44,901 nucleotides of DNA from Chromatiales bacterium. GTDB taxonomy: Bacteria > Pseudomonadota > Gammaproteobacteria > JACCXJ01. Made by a program: the position numbers and the translations under genes. The stretch is from positions 1 to 44,901 of the forward strand of contig JBIMKC010000004.1 of assembly GCA_043673925.1 (NCBI GenBank), in the 5' to 3' direction. Shown here in pieces: positions 1 through 10,715 of this stretch. How positions within the stretch are numbered: the stretch's first letter is position 1; the number at the start of each line of letters is the position of its first letter. Under the pieces are notes generated by a model. That model was not told the DNA's origin and did no database searches. It saw only the letters and a list, made by a program, of their open reading frames with translations.

Positions 1-52
1 TTCCCTTGCCGGGAGCGACTAATGCTTCGGCCGTTTGTCGCAGATCGGACAT
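1..52 (-). CDS. fba: Fructose-bisphosphate aldolase, class I (N-terminal 17 codons; runs off the left edge)
   Basis: The reverse strand from ATG at 52-50 reads MSDLRQTAEALVAPGKG, matching the conserved class I aldolase N-terminus (..VAPGKGILAADES). SD GAGGAA lies 6 nt upstream. The position after pyk fits the gap-pgk-pyk-fba cluster. Confidence 0.6.
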   Translation of the reverse strand, partial: MSDLRQTAEALVAPGKG

Positions 53-127
53 GGCGTGTTCCTCTGGTTCATGGTAATGATAGTCTAACGTAGTTCGCGC
101 GGGTCGCGTGGAAACCGCATTGATTAT

Positions 128-1573
128 TCATAACGCCGATTCCGCGGCCAGCTCCCCTACGCGAACGATCTTCATGCCGTTGGTTCCACCTTGTTTACCG
201 CGCAAATCACCTTTGGTAATGACTACGATGTCTTCTTCGTGTACCGCGCCGCGCTCGAGCAGGATGTCGATCATTTCACGGTTGACGCGCAGGAAATCGG
301 TGTGCGTGACGTCGAAATCGATCGGGTAGACGCCCCGGTACAGCGTCACCCGCCTGAGCGTCTCGGGACGGCGGGTGAAGGCGAAGATCGGGATCCCGGT
401 GAGCACGCGCGACATCCATATGCCGGTGGCGCCGGTCTCAGTGAGCGCGAGAATGGCTTTGGCGCCGATATGGTTGGCCGCGTAGACCGTGGACATGGCG
501 ATCGCTTCATCGATGCGGTCGAAAGCCGAATCGATGCGGTAGTCGGCACCCCGGAGGCCCCACTGGGTTTCCGTCTCCAAGCAGATCCGATCCATCGCCT
601 CGACGGCTTTGCGCGGGTACTTGCCCACGCTGGTTTCGGCGGAGAGCATGACGGCATCCGTGCCGTCCAACACGGCATTGGCGACGTCGAAGACTTCGGC
701 CCGTGTCGGGATCTGGTTTTCGATCATCGACTCCATCATCTGCGTGGCCGTGATGACCAGGCGGTTCTCGTTACGGGCTTGCTGGATCAAGCGTTTCTGG
801 ACCGGGGGGAGGGCCGCATCCCCGATCTCGACGCCGAGATCGCCGCGCGCGATCATGATCCCGTTCGAGGCCCGCAGGATCTCATCGATACACTGTAAGG
901 CTTCGGCGCGCTCGACCTTGGCGATGACGCCGCAGTTTCCGTTGCTCTCGGCAATCAAACGGCGGGCTTCCTCGATGTCGGCGGCATTGCGCGGAAAGGA
1001 TACGGCGATGTAGTCGGCGCCGATGCCCACGGCGTGGCGGATATCCGCGCGGTCCTTGGAAGTCAGCGCGCCCGCCGAGAGCCCGCCGCCGGCCCGGTTC
1101 AAACCCTTGCTGTCGGAGAGCCCGCCGCCCACCCGCACCACGCATTCGACGCCGGTCCCCATGACGCGCTTGACTTCAAGCGCGATACGGCCATCGTCAA
1201 TGAACAAGGTGTCGCCGCGCTTGACATCTTTCGGGAGATCCGCGTAGGTAACTCCGACGCGGCGTTCATCTCCGTCCGCGGGCGGGATGGCGGTGTCGAG
1301 CGTGAAGGAGGCCCCTTCCCGCAGTTCCACACAGCCGCCGCGGAATCGCTGGATGCGGATCTTCGGGCCTTGCAGATCGGCGATGGCGCCGACCTGCGTG
1401 CCGCGCACCTGGGAGCAGGCCCGCAGTTGGTCGATCCGGCGTTTATGGCTGTCGTGGGAGCCGTAGGAGTAGTTTAGCCGGATGACATCCACCCCGGCCG
1501 CGATGAGGCCATCGAGCACCTTGGGATCGTCGGTAGCCGGGCCGAGGGTGGCAACGATTTTCGTTCTGCGCAT
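128..1573 (-). CDS. pyk: Pyruvate kinase
   Basis: 481-aa ORF starting MRRTKIVATLGPATDDPKVL..., with pyruvate kinase motifs throughout (IIAKVER, MIARGDLGVEI, MLSAETSVGKYP). Confidence 0.95.
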   Translation of the reverse strand: MRRTKIVATLGPATDDPKVLDGLIAAGVDVIRLNYSYGSHDSHKRRIDQLRACSQVRGTQVGAIADLQGPKIRIQRFRGGCVELREGASFTLDTAIPPADGDERRVGVTYADLPKDVKRGDTLFIDDGRIALEVKRVMGTGVECVVRVGGGLSDSKGLNRAGGGLSAGALTSKDRADIRHAVGIGADYIAVSFPRNAADIEEARRLIAESNGNCGVIAKVERAEALQCIDEILRASNGIMIARGDLGVEIGDAALPPVQKRLIQQARNENRLVITATQMMESMIENQIPTRAEVFDVANAVLDGTDAVMLSAETSVGKYPRKAVEAMDRICLETETQWGLRGADYRIDSAFDRIDEAIAMSTVYAANHIGAKAILALTETGATGIWMSRVLTGIPIFAFTRRPETLRRVTLYRGVYPIDFDVTHTDFLRVNREMIDILLERGAVHEEDIVVITKGDLRGKQGGTNGMKIVRVGELAAESAL

Positions 1574-1644
1574 GAGGGGCGTCGCGAGCCTAATTCCCTG
1601 TATCGATGAATGCCTGATCTAGTGCCGCCGCCCGGGACGTGGCA

Positions 1645-2850
1645 TTAATAACCCTCGCTCGGATGCACGTAATCGGGATGGGCGCGGGCGCGCTCTTGCA
1701 GGATGGCGACAGCAGGTAGGGTTTTTCCCTCGAGAAACTCCAGGAACGCCCCCCCGCCGGTGGATATATAGGACAGCCGCTCGGCCACCCCGTACTTCGC
1801 GATGGCCGCGAGCGTCTCGCCGCCGCCGGCGAGGGAATAAGCTTGGCTCGCGGCTATCGCCATCGCGACCGCCCGCGTCCCCTGGCCGAATTGGTCAAAT
1901 TCAAACACCCCGAGCGGGCCATTCCAGACGATCGTTTGAGCCTGTCCAAGCAACGCGGTGTAGCGCCCCGCGGTGCGGGGACCGACATCCAGGATGAGAT
2001 CGCCGGCTGCGACATCGGAAATATTCTTTACCGTGGCCGTCGCGGTTTCGGAAATCTCCCGGGCGCAGACCACGTCCTCGGCCAAGGGGATAGCCGCGCC
2101 GCGCGCGGCTGCCCGCCCGAGAAGCCGCGAGGCTACCTCGACCAAGGGATCTTCAACCAGGGACTTACCGACTGCACGGCCCGCGGCGCGAAGGCACGTA
2201 TTGAGGATCCCGCCGCCGACAATGAGCTGATCCACGGTCTCGACCAGCGATTCGAGTAGCGCGAGCTTGGTCGAAATCTTCGACCCGCCCACAATCGCCA
2301 CCAGGGGGCGTGCCGGTTGTTTCAAGGCTTGGCTCAAGGCATCGATCTCGGCCTCGAGCAGCGGCCCGGCACAGACCTGGGGAGCGTACTTGGCGATCCC
2401 GTGGGTCGACGCCTCGGCACGATGGGCCGTGCCAAAGGCATCATTCACGTACACATCGCAAAGCACCGCTATTTTTCTGGCCAAGGCGTCGTCGTTATTT
2501 TTCTCGCCGATCTCGAAGCGCACGTTTTCGCATAGAGCCGCTTGGCCGGGTTCGACGCTGACGCCACTGATCCAATCTTTAACCAGCGCGATGTCTCGAT
2601 GCAGCAACTCGGATAAGCGGGTAGCGACCGGTGCCAAGCTCAGCGCCGCGTCGTACTGGCCTTCTTTCGGGCGGCCTAGATGCGAGACAAGCATTACCCG
2701 GGCGCCCGCCGACAAAGCCTTGCTGATGGTAGGGAGCGCTGCCCGCAAGCGTGTGTCATCGAGGATCCGGCCCGCTTGGATCGGTACGTTGAAGTCTTCC
2801 CGGATCAACACCCGTTTCCCGGCAAGGCTCAGATCGGACATCGACATCAT
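1645..2850 (-). CDS. pgk: Phosphoglycerate kinase
   Basis: 401-aa ORF with [28 protein letters not shown] and [14 protein letters not shown] motifs typical of PGK. Confidence 0.97.
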   Translation of the reverse strand: MMSMSDLSLAGKRVLIREDFNVPIQAGRILDDTRLRAALPTISKALSAGARVMLVSHLGRPKEGQYDAALSLAPVATRLSELLHRDIALVKDWISGVSVEPGQAALCENVRFEIGEKNNDDALARKIAVLCDVYVNDAFGTAHRAEASTHGIAKYAPQVCAGPLLEAEIDALSQALKQPARPLVAIVGGSKISTKLALLESLVETVDQLIVGGGILNTCLRAAGRAVGKSLVEDPLVEVASRLLGRAAARGAAIPLAEDVVCAREISETATATVKNISDVAAGDLILDVGPRTAGRYTALLGQAQTIVWNGPLGVFEFDQFGQGTRAVAMAIAASQAYSLAGGGETLAAIAKYGVAERLSYISTGGGAFLEFLEGKTLPAVAILQERARAHPDYVHPSEGY

Positions 2851-2865
2851 GGACGGAATCGGTCC

Positions 2866-3876
2866 TTACTTGGCGTTCATCAGGGCGATCGTGACGTCCA
2901 ACATGCGGTTGGAAAAGCCCCATTCGTTATCGTACCAGGACAAGACTTTGACCAGTGTGCCTTCGATGACACGGGTCTGGGTGGCATCGTAAATGGACGA
3001 GGCGGGGTGGTGATTGAAATCGACCGAGACCAGCGGCTTGTCGTTATACTCCAGAAGTCCCTTGAGCTCGCCTTGGGCGGCCTCTCTCAATACCGCATTG
3101 ATCTCCTCCTTGCTGGTCTCGCGCGCGGCGACGAAGCTGAGATCCACCAACGATACGTTGAGCGTGGGGACGCGCACGGCGTAACCGTCCAGTTTTCCGT
3201 TCAACTCGGGAAGCACCAAGCCGACGGCCGCGGCCGCGCCTGTCTTGGTCGGGATCATGGACTGCGTCGCGGACCGCGCCCGGCGCAGATCGCTATGGTA
3301 GACGTCGATCAATACCTGATCATTGGTGAAGGAATGGATCGTGGTCATGATGCCGCGCAGAATACCGATGCGCTCATGCAGCGGCTTCACCAAGGGCGCG
3401 AGGCAGTTGGTCGTGCAAGACGCATTGGAGATCACCGTGTCGCTCGCTTTTAGGGTCTGATGATTCACGCCATAGACGATCGTGGCGTCGACCTCGGTCC
3501 CCGGAGCCGAGATGATGACCTTTCTGGCGCCTGCTTTGAGGTGGGCGCCGGCCTTGGCCTTAGTGGTAAAAAGTCCGGTGCATTCGAGGACCACATCGAC
3601 ACCGAGCCGGGCCCAGGGGAGCTTGGCGGGATCGCGCTCGGCGAGAATGCGGATAGGATCGCCGTCGACCACCATCGACTGGTCCGTGACCGTGATCTCG
3701 CCCGGAAAGCGCCCGTGGACGCTATCGTAGCGGGTTAAATGCGCGTTGGTCGCGACATCACCGAGATCGTTGATCGCGAGGATTTGGATCTCCTGAGTCC
3801 GCCGCGACTCATAGAGCGCGCGCAGAATATTGCGGCCGATACGGCCGTAGCCATTGATTCCAACCTTTATTGCCAT
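2866..3876 (-). CDS. gap: Glyceraldehyde-3-phosphate dehydrogenase
   Basis: 336-aa ORF starting [16 protein letters not shown], with active-site [12 protein letters not shown] and [17 protein letters not shown] lies upstream. Confidence 0.97.
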   Translation of the reverse strand: MAIKVGINGYGRIGRNILRALYESRRTQEIQILAINDLGDVATNAHLTRYDSVHGRFPGEITVTDQSMVVDGDPIRILAERDPAKLPWARLGVDVVLECTGLFTTKAKAGAHLKAGARKVIISAPGTEVDATIVYGVNHQTLKASDTVISNASCTTNCLAPLVKPLHERIGILRGIMTTIHSFTNDQVLIDVYHSDLRRARSATQSMIPTKTGAAAAVGLVLPELNGKLDGYAVRVPTLNVSLVDLSFVAARETSKEEINAVLREAAQGELKGLLEYNDKPLVSVDFNHHPASSIYDATQTRVIEGTLVKVLSWYDNEWGFSNRMLDVTIALMNAK

Positions 3877-4010
3877 CTATCTCTCCAATTGGCGCCCGGG
3901 TGCCCGGACTTGGCTTTCTGGACCGCGTCCATCGCCAAGGCGCGTATGGCGTTGGCAAGCTCTTTCCGTCGCAGTGGGTAGTTTTCCTTGAGCTTCGTCG
4001 GTGCTCTCAT
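3867..4010 (-). pseudogene. tkt: Transketolase 5' remnant (47-codon stub; tkt similarity covers codons 1-40 at 3891-4010, then reads into the gap start region)
   Basis: Hand translation gives [73 protein letters not shown] is near-identical to the TktA N-terminus. Similarity stops 14 nt before the gap ATG. The stop TAA at 3869-3867 overlaps gap. Confidence 0.8.
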
Positions 4011-4024
4011 GGTTTCTCGTGCGG

Positions 4025-4582
4025 TTAATCCTTGGACCATTTTATCGAACAGCCCATGCTCGCGATCTGATCCCGAGGTCCGTGCCCGGTGCGAGCGATC
4101 TGGACCATGGCCTCGAACAGCTCGCGCCGAGCGCCCGGTGCAGCGGCTTCCCGTTTGCTATCATCGAGGCGGCCGCGATACTGCAAACGCAACTCCGCGT
4201 TATAACCGAAGAAATCCGGGGTGCACACCGCTCCGTAAGCCTTGGCCACCGCTTGGGTACTATCGATCAAATACGGGAACGGATACGCGAAACGCTTGGC
4301 CGTTTCTACCATGTTTTCAAACCTATCTTCCGGATAATCGGTGGGATCGTTGGGCATGACGGCCACGCTTCTTATACCGTGGTCCAAAAGCTCCCGGGTA
4401 GCGCGTACCATGCGCTCTTGGATGGCTTGAACGTAGGGACAATGGTTGCAAATAAACATCACTAAGGCGCCGTTGTCGCCCTTGCATTGTTGCAAGGTCC
4501 AGGTCTTGCCGTCGATTCCAAGCAGGGCAAAATCGACCGCCGGAGTGTCGAATGCACAGATCGGGGTGCTCAGGAGTGCCAT
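4025..4582 (-). CDS. Thioredoxin-fold protein (AhpC/TSA / redoxin-like thiol-disulfide oxidoreductase)
   Basis: 185-aa ORF with a CNHCPYV (CxxC) motif in a thioredoxin-like context ([19 protein letters not shown]) and no signal peptide. Confidence 0.75.
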   Translation of the reverse strand: MALLSTPICAFDTPAVDFALLGIDGKTWTLQQCKGDNGALVMFICNHCPYVQAIQERMVRATRELLDHGIRSVAVMPNDPTDYPEDRFENMVETAKRFAYPFPYLIDSTQAVAKAYGAVCTPDFFGYNAELRLQYRGRLDDSKREAAAPGARRELFEAMVQIARTGHGPRDQIASMGCSIKWSKD

Positions 4583-4782
4583 GCTAGGTTATGCCTGGAA
4601 CTATACATATGTCATAAATCTTGCTTTGCGAGCGGATTGGTTCGCGCGGCCAACGTAAAACTACCGTCATTCCTCGAGGGCGTCCCCAGTTTGAAGGCGG
4701 GGATGTTAGCTGTTAATCCTCGATTTATAAAGTAAACTGATGCACTTTTCCCAGCACATTAAAATTCCCACGAGAAGATATC

Positions 4783-5982
4783 ATGGACAATACCCGCTTG
4801 TTTACTTCCGAGTCAGTCTCCGAGGGTCACCCCGACAAGATCTGTGATCAGATCTCCGATGCGGTGCTCGATGCGATCATCGCGCAGGAACCGGACGCGC
4901 GCGTGGCGTGCGAAACGCTGGTCACGACCGGCTTAGTGACCGTGGCGGGAGAAATATCCACCTCTTCCTACGTGGATATCCGCAACGTCGCCCGGCAGGT
5001 TATCCGTGATATCGGGTACGATAGCTCGGAGATGGGGTTCGATTGGGAGTCCTGCGGCGTCATCGTCTCCATAGGACAACAATCGGCGGATATCGCCCTC
5101 GGCGTCAACGAAAGCGGCGCGCACGAACAAGGCGCGGGCGACCAGGGATTGATGTTCGGATATGCCTGCAACGAAACCGACGTGCTCATGCCGGCGCCCA
5201 TCACCTACGCGCACCGCCTGGTCCGGCGGCAAGCCGAAGTCCGCAAGACGGGCCGCCTGCCCTGGCTGCGCCCGGATGCCAAGAGCCAGGTGACGTTTCG
5301 CTACGCGAATGGCCGTCCCTGCGGCATCGACGCCGTGGTCCTCTCGACCCAGCATAGCCCCGAGATCAGCCATGAGGTCCTCAAACAGGCCGTCATGGAT
5401 GAGATCGTGCTTCCGGTGCTGCCGAAGGAGTGGCTAAGCCCTACGACCCGATTCTTTGTCAATCCGACCGGCCGCTTCGTGATCGGCGGGCCCATGGGTG
5501 ACTGTGGGCTGACCGGGCGCAAGATCATCGTCGATACCTATGGCGGCATGGCGCGCCACGGGGGCGGCGCGTTTTCGGGCAAGGACCCTTCCAAAGTAGA
5601 CCGCTCGGCCGCCTACGCGGCGCGTTACGTGGCGAAAAACATCGTGGCCGCGGGCCTCGCCGATCGCTGTGAGATCCAACTATCCTATGCCATCGGCGTG
5701 GCGGAGCCGACATCGATCAGCATCGAGACCTTTGGTACGGGCAACGTGGACGAGTCGAGGTTGATCGCGGCGGTGCGCAAGAATTTCGATCTGCGGCCCA
5801 AGGGGATCATCAAGATGTTGAACCTCTTGCGCCCGATCTACCGGCAGACCGCCGCTTATGGGCATTTCGGCCGCACCGAGTTCGATCTCACTTGGGAGCG
5901 CACCGATAAGGTTGATGCCTTGCGCGAGAGCCTCGGGATAGCCGAATCGATGCCGCGCGAGGCATTGGTCCGGGCGAGTTAG
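4783..5982 (+). CDS. metK: S-adenosylmethionine synthetase
   Basis: 399-aa ORF starting [24 protein letters not shown], with [12 protein letters not shown] and [19 protein letters not shown]. Confidence 0.98.
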   Translation: MDNTRLFTSESVSEGHPDKICDQISDAVLDAIIAQEPDARVACETLVTTGLVTVAGEISTSSYVDIRNVARQVIRDIGYDSSEMGFDWESCGVIVSIGQQSADIALGVNESGAHEQGAGDQGLMFGYACNETDVLMPAPITYAHRLVRRQAEVRKTGRLPWLRPDAKSQVTFRYANGRPCGIDAVVLSTQHSPEISHEVLKQAVMDEIVLPVLPKEWLSPTTRFFVNPTGRFVIGGPMGDCGLTGRKIIVDTYGGMARHGGGAFSGKDPSKVDRSAAYAARYVAKNIVAAGLADRCEIQLSYAIGVAEPTSISIETFGTGNVDESRLIAAVRKNFDLRPKGIIKMLNLLRPIYRQTAAYGHFGRTEFDLTWERTDKVDALRESLGIAESMPREALVRAS

Positions 5983-6014
5983 TTTTCTACCCTACATATA
6001 TCAGGAGTCGATTT

Positions 6015-7328
6015 ATGAGCACGCAACCGATGGAAAAGATCACGCCGGATTACAAGGTAACGGATCTCAAGCTCGCCGAATGGGGGCGCAAGGAGATCAA
6101 CATCGCCGAAGGGGAAATGCCGGGCCTGATGGCCTTGCGGGAAGAATACCAGGGTAAAAAGCCGTTGGCGGGGGCCCGCATCGCGGGCTGTCTGCACATG
6201 ACCGTGCAGACGGCGGTGTTAATCGAGACCTTGATCCAGTTGGGCGCCGAGGTGCGGTGGTCATCCTGTAACATCTTCTCGACCCAAGATCATGCCGCCG
6301 CCGCCGTGGCGGCCGCGGGTATTGCTGTCTTCGCGTGGAAAGGGGAGACGGAACAGGAGTTCTGGTGGTGCATCGAGCAGAGTATTTTCGGCCCCGGCGG
6401 CTGGCGCCCGAATATGCTGCTCGACGATGGCGGAGATCTGACCCAGGTGATGCATGAGCGTTATCCGGAGATGCTCCAAGAGGTGCGTGGTTTGTCGGAA
6501 GAGACGACGACCGGCGTGCGGCGCTTGTATGAAATGGCAAAGACCGGCGCGCTGAAGGTGCCAGCGTTTAATGTCAATGATTCGGTCACGAAATCCAAGT
6601 TCGATAACCTCTACGGTTGCCGGGAATCCTTGATGGATGGTCTAAAGCGGGCCACGGGGGTGATGATCGCAGGCAAGATCGCCGTGGTGCTTGGCTATGG
6701 CGATGTCGGCAAAGGCTGCGCTCAGGCCTTGAAGGGTCTCGGCGCGACCGTCTGGATAGCGGAGATCGATCCCATCTGCGCGCTGCAGGCGGCGATGGAG
6801 GGGTATCGGGTGGTGCGCATGAACGATGTCGCGGCGCGCGGGGACATTTTCGTCACCGCCACGGGCAACATCCGAGTGATCACCCACGATCACATGCGGG
6901 CCATGAAAGACCAGACCATCGTGTGCAATATCGGCCATTTCGACTCCGAGATCGACGTCGCTTCGTTGCGCCAGTACCGATGGGACAACGTCAAACCGCA
7001 GGTGGATCAGATCCTGTTTCCCGATGGCAAGCGCATCATCCTTCTGGCCGAGGGCCGCTTGGTCAATCTGGGTTGCGCCGCGGGGCATCCGAGCTTCGTC
7101 ATGTCAGCGTCGTTTAGCAACCAAGTGCTGGCGCAGATCGAGCTCTGGAACAACTTTAAAAGCTACCAGAACCGCGTCTATACACTGCCCCAGCACCTTG
7201 ATGAAAAGGTGGCGCGCCTGCACCTGGCGAAAGTCGGTGCGGACCTCACGGTGCTCACCCAAGAGCAGGCGGAGTATATCGGTGTCTCGATCGAAGGGCC
7301 TTACAAACCAGAATATTATCGCTATTAA
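6015..7328 (+). CDS. ahcY: Adenosylhomocysteinase
   Basis: 437-aa ORF with [38 protein letters not shown] and [10 protein letters not shown] (NAD site). SD AGGAG lies upstream. Confidence 0.97.
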   Translation: MSTQPMEKITPDYKVTDLKLAEWGRKEINIAEGEMPGLMALREEYQGKKPLAGARIAGCLHMTVQTAVLIETLIQLGAEVRWSSCNIFSTQDHAAAAVAAAGIAVFAWKGETEQEFWWCIEQSIFGPGGWRPNMLLDDGGDLTQVMHERYPEMLQEVRGLSEETTTGVRRLYEMAKTGALKVPAFNVNDSVTKSKFDNLYGCRESLMDGLKRATGVMIAGKIAVVLGYGDVGKGCAQALKGLGATVWIAEIDPICALQAAMEGYRVVRMNDVAARGDIFVTATGNIRVITHDHMRAMKDQTIVCNIGHFDSEIDVASLRQYRWDNVKPQVDQILFPDGKRIILLAEGRLVNLGCAAGHPSFVMSASFSNQVLAQIELWNNFKSYQNRVYTLPQHLDEKVARLHLAKVGADLTVLTQEQAEYIGVSIEGPYKPEYYRY

Positions 7329-7397
7329 TGCCCGCCGTGGTAGTGATCGCTGCCGCGCGGGCGATTAAAACGCACGGCGGTTCCGTCAACAAGCGCC

Positions 7398-8276
7398 ATG
7401 GAAACTCCAAACAGCCATAGCTTCAGCTTCGAGTTTTTCCCGCCACGGACTCCGGAGGCGATCGGCAAGCTTCAGGTCACCCGCGATCGGCTCGCGCGCC
7501 TCAAGCCGGATTATTTCTCGGTCACCTTCGGGGCGGGAGGCAGCACCCGCGAGCTTACCTTCGAGACGGTGCAAGAGATCCGCGCGGCGACCGGGATCGC
7601 GGCCGCTCCGCATATATCGTGTATCGGGAGTCCCATCAGCAGCCTGCGTGAGATCTTAAGCACCTACAGGAGCGCCGGCATCAAACATATCGTGGCATTG
7701 CGCGGCGACCTGCCCTCCGGCGCGGCGGGCCACGGTGAGCTGCGTTACGCCAATGAGTTGGTGGAGTTCATCCGTGAGGAGAGCGGCGACTATTTTTTTG
7801 TGGAAGTCGCCGCCTATCCGGAGTTTCACCCGCAGGCGCCGAGCGCGGACATGGATCTCAGGAACTTCAAGCGTAAGGCGGAGGCCGGGGCCGACCGCGC
7901 GATCACGCAATATTTTTATAACCTGGATGCCTATTGGCGGTTCGTGGAGAGCTGCGGGGCGCTCGGGGTCCAGATCCCGATCGTCCCCGGTGTCATGCCC
8001 ATCATCAACTGTACGCAGTTGCTGCGCTTCTCGGACGCCTGTGGCGCCGAGATCCCGCGTTGGATCGTGCGGCGCTTACGGGATTTTGGGGATGACCGCG
8101 TCTCGATTCGCAATTTCGGCATTGATGTGACCACCGATCTGTGCCGTCAGCTCTTGGACAAGGGGGCGCCGGGGCTGCATTTTTACACCATGAATCAAGC
8201 CGAGGCGTCCGAGGCGATCTGGGCTAACCTCGGGTTGCGCCGCGAAAGGCCCGCGGTGAAGCTCTCAGGCGGCTAG
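7398..8276 (+). CDS. metF: 5,10-methylenetetrahydrofolate reductase
   Basis: 292-aa ORF with SFEFFPPRT, HISCIG, ALRGD and GAPGLHFYTMNQ motifs. Confidence 0.93.
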   Translation: METPNSHSFSFEFFPPRTPEAIGKLQVTRDRLARLKPDYFSVTFGAGGSTRELTFETVQEIRAATGIAAAPHISCIGSPISSLREILSTYRSAGIKHIVALRGDLPSGAAGHGELRYANELVEFIREESGDYFFVEVAAYPEFHPQAPSADMDLRNFKRKAEAGADRAITQYFYNLDAYWRFVESCGALGVQIPIVPGVMPIINCTQLLRFSDACGAEIPRWIVRRLRDFGDDRVSIRNFGIDVTTDLCRQLLDKGAPGLHFYTMNQAEASEAIWANLGLRRERPAVKLSGG

Positions 8277-8292
8277 CGGACCATCGCCACCC

Positions 8293-9714
8293 TTGTCCGC
8301 GCGGCTTTCCACACGGCCTCCCAAGACCCCGCTTCTGCTGGTCGATGACGATGCGTTGATCGTGGAATCGCTGGCGCTGGTTTTGGAGGACGATTACGAA
8401 GTCCATACCGCCGCCACGCGGCCGGAAGCCAAGGCCTTGTTACGCAAATTGGATTATCGAGTACCGTTGGCCTTGGTGGATCTCGGACTGCCGCCGACAC
8501 CGCATAGTCCGGAGGAAGGTTTTGCGTTGATCGGCGAGCTGCTGGCGGTCGATCCCAGCGCGCGCGTGCTGGTGCTCTCGGGGCAGAATACGCGCGCCAA
8601 TATTCAGCATGCGCTCACCTTGGGCGCCGTGGATTTCATTCCGAAACCCGCGGACCCCGCGTTGCTGCAAGCACGTTTGACCCATCACGCGATGATCCGG
8701 GAGGTCGAGGAGGCGGCGGCGCCGCGCGAAGGCCTGGTGGAAATGCTCGGTCATAGTCCCGCCATCGACGCCCTCCGGGAGCAGATCCGCCAGTTCGCCG
8801 ATGCCCCCTTCGCCGTGCTCATCGAGGGCGAATCGGGAGTCGGCAAGGAACTGGTCGCGAACCGCTTGCATTATGAAAGCCGGCGTGCTCGATTTCCCTT
8901 GGTGACGATTAACTGCGCGGCCTTCACGCCGGAGCTGCTGGAGGCGCAGTTGTTCGGACAGATCAAAGGCGCGTTCACTGGAGCGAGCGCGACCAAGAGC
9001 GGTGTGTTGGAGGAGGCGGGTGGCGGCAGCTTGGTCCTGGATGAGGTCGGCGAGCTGCCGCCGGCGTTGCAGGTTAAGCTGCTGCGGGTGCTGGAAAACG
9101 GCGAGTACTACCGGCTGGGCGAGACCCAACCGCGGCGCTCCCAAGCAAGGGTCGTCGTGGCGACGAATCTCGATCTACGCGCTGCCGTCAGGCGCGGTTC
9201 GTTTCGCCACGATCTGTATTACCGCTTGAGCGTGCTGGCGATTCAGGTGCCTCCCTTGCGTGAGCGTGGCGACGACTGCTTGCTGCTGCTGGAGCATTTT
9301 CAGCGTTTGTACGCGGCATCGGTGGCTCCGTTCACCTTACACGAGGCGGCAAGAGAAGATCTGCTGTCTTATGCTTTCCCCGGTAACGTGCGCGAACTGC
9401 GCAATATCGTGATTCGCCTCGGTGCGAAATATCCGGGCAAGCAGATCTCGGCCGCGGCGCTGGCGGGAGAGCTTGAAGCCGACATGGCGCTGGCGCCCGG
9501 GACGGGAGAGGCCGACTTCGATAGCGCGGCCGAGCGGCAACTGCGAACGCCCGGATTTTGCCTCGATGAAATCATGGAATGTTGGGAGCGGCGCTACATC
9601 GACGCGGCGCTCAAGCTCAGCCATGGAAACCTGAGCCAAGCAGCTCGCGTGTTGGGCATCAACCGCACTACCCTGTATAGCAAGATCGAACGGTTCAATC
9701 ACCCGCGACGCTGA
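8293..9714 (+). CDS. Sigma-54-dependent response regulator (receiver + AAA+ sigma-54 activator + Fis-type HTH), PrsR-like
   Basis: Receiver domain: LLLVDDD, acceptor Asp in ALVDLGLPP, DFIPKP. AAA+ domain: Walker A GESGVGKE and GAFTGA. C-terminal HTH: GNLSQAARVLGINRTTLYSKI. The DLGLPPxxxxxxEG segment recalls PEP-CTERM-box regulator PrsR. The only in-frame start is TTG at 8293, with no clear SD, 16 nt after the metF stop. Confidence 0.88.
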   Translation: MSARLSTRPPKTPLLLVDDDALIVESLALVLEDDYEVHTAATRPEAKALLRKLDYRVPLALVDLGLPPTPHSPEEGFALIGELLAVDPSARVLVLSGQNTRANIQHALTLGAVDFIPKPADPALLQARLTHHAMIREVEEAAAPREGLVEMLGHSPAIDALREQIRQFADAPFAVLIEGESGVGKELVANRLHYESRRARFPLVTINCAAFTPELLEAQLFGQIKGAFTGASATKSGVLEEAGGGSLVLDEVGELPPALQVKLLRVLENGEYYRLGETQPRRSQARVVVATNLDLRAAVRRGSFRHDLYYRLSVLAIQVPPLRERGDDCLLLLEHFQRLYAASVAPFTLHEAAREDLLSYAFPGNVRELRNIVIRLGAKYPGKQISAAALAGELEADMALAPGTGEADFDSAAERQLRTPGFCLDEIMECWERRYIDAALKLSHGNLSQAARVLGINRTTLYSKIERFNHPRR

Positions 9715-10715
9715 TGTATTACTCCTATTTCGGCTTGCGCCAGCCACCCTTCAAGATCACGCCCGACACGCGCTTGTTCTTTCCGGGCGGCAACCGCGGG
9801 GCGGTCCTGGAGGCCTTGGTCTACGCGATTTCAACCGGCGAAGGCATCATCAAGGTCGTAGGCGAGGTGGGAAGCGGCAAGACCATGCTCTGCCGCATGC
9901 TGGAGCGTGACTTGCCCGAGAACGCCGAGATCGTGTATTTGGCGAATCCCAGTCTCTCTCCGGACAACATTCTGCACGCCATCGCGTTTGAATTACATCT
10001 GCCGGTCGCGGGGGGCGAGGATCGGCTCAAGGTGATGCACGCGCTGCAAGAATACTTGGTAAGGAAACACGCGGAGAATCGGCGCATCGTCGCGTTTGTC
10101 GAAGAAGCCCAGAGCATGCCGCTCGAAACCCTGGAAGAGATCCGCCTGTTAAGCAACCTGGAGACACAGGATGAGAAGTTGTTGCAGATCGTTTTGTTCG
10201 GACAGCCGGAGCTGGATGAATCCTTAATGAATCCGCGCATCCGGCAACTGAAAGAGCGCATTACCTACAGCTTTTATTTGCATCCGTTTTCGATTGCCGA
10301 GGTGCGGGACTATCTAAGCAGCCGTTTGCGGGCGAGCGGCTACAAGGGAATGGGGATCTTCACGCGCGCTGCGATTCGAAGCCTTACGCGCTATTCCAAG
10401 GGGCTGCTGCGCAGGATCAATATTCTCGCCGATAAGTCCATGCTCGCCGCCTACGCCGGGGGCGAGATCAAAGTGAGAACCAGACACGTGCGCAGGGCGG
10501 CGCGGGACACGGAGTTTGTCGCCAAACCGGGCGCCGCCGCGCTGGCGCTGGCGCTGACCTTTTGTCTTGCCGTCGCGGCGATCGGCTGGTTCGCGTGGCA
10601 GCGTTTCATTCCAGTGAGCGCGCTCGTCGAGGATACGCGCTCGTTCAAGGACGTGCCGTTATCGGGGGCCATCGGCCGCGAGCTTGAAGGCACCGATTCT
10701 CCAAAGCAGCCATGA
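9714..10715 (+). CDS. ExeA/MshM-like AAA ATPase with one C-terminal TM helix (similar to the PEP-CTERM-locus secretion ATPase family)
   Basis: Starts MYYSYFGLRQPPFKITPDTRLFF, with Walker A GEVGSGKT and Walker B-like VAFVEEAQ. TM segment AAALALALTFCLAVAAIGWFAW near the C-terminus. The ATG overlaps the upstream TGA (TGATG). Confidence 0.8.
   Translation: MYYSYFGLRQPPFKITPDTRLFFPGGNRGAVLEALVYAISTGEGIIKVVGEVGSGKTMLCRMLERDLPENAEIVYLANPSLSPDNILHAIAFELHLPVAGGEDRLKVMHALQEYLVRKHAENRRIVAFVEEAQSMPLETLEEIRLLSNLETQDEKLLQIVLFGQPELDESLMNPRIRQLKERITYSFYLHPFSIAEVRDYLSSRLRASGYKGMGIFTRAAIRSLTRYSKGLLRRINILADKSMLAAYAGGEIKVRTRHVRRAARDTEFVAKPGAAALALALTFCLAVAAIGWFAWQRFIPVSALVEDTRSFKDVPLSGAIGRELEGTDSPKQP

Noticed and set aside
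5983-6014. Expected SAH riboswitch upstream of ahcY
   Set aside because: The metK-ahcY spacer is only 32 nt and holds just an SD (AGGAG). There is no room for the ~80-nt SAH element, and no GAGGAGCG...AACGGCGCUC-like blocks were seen.
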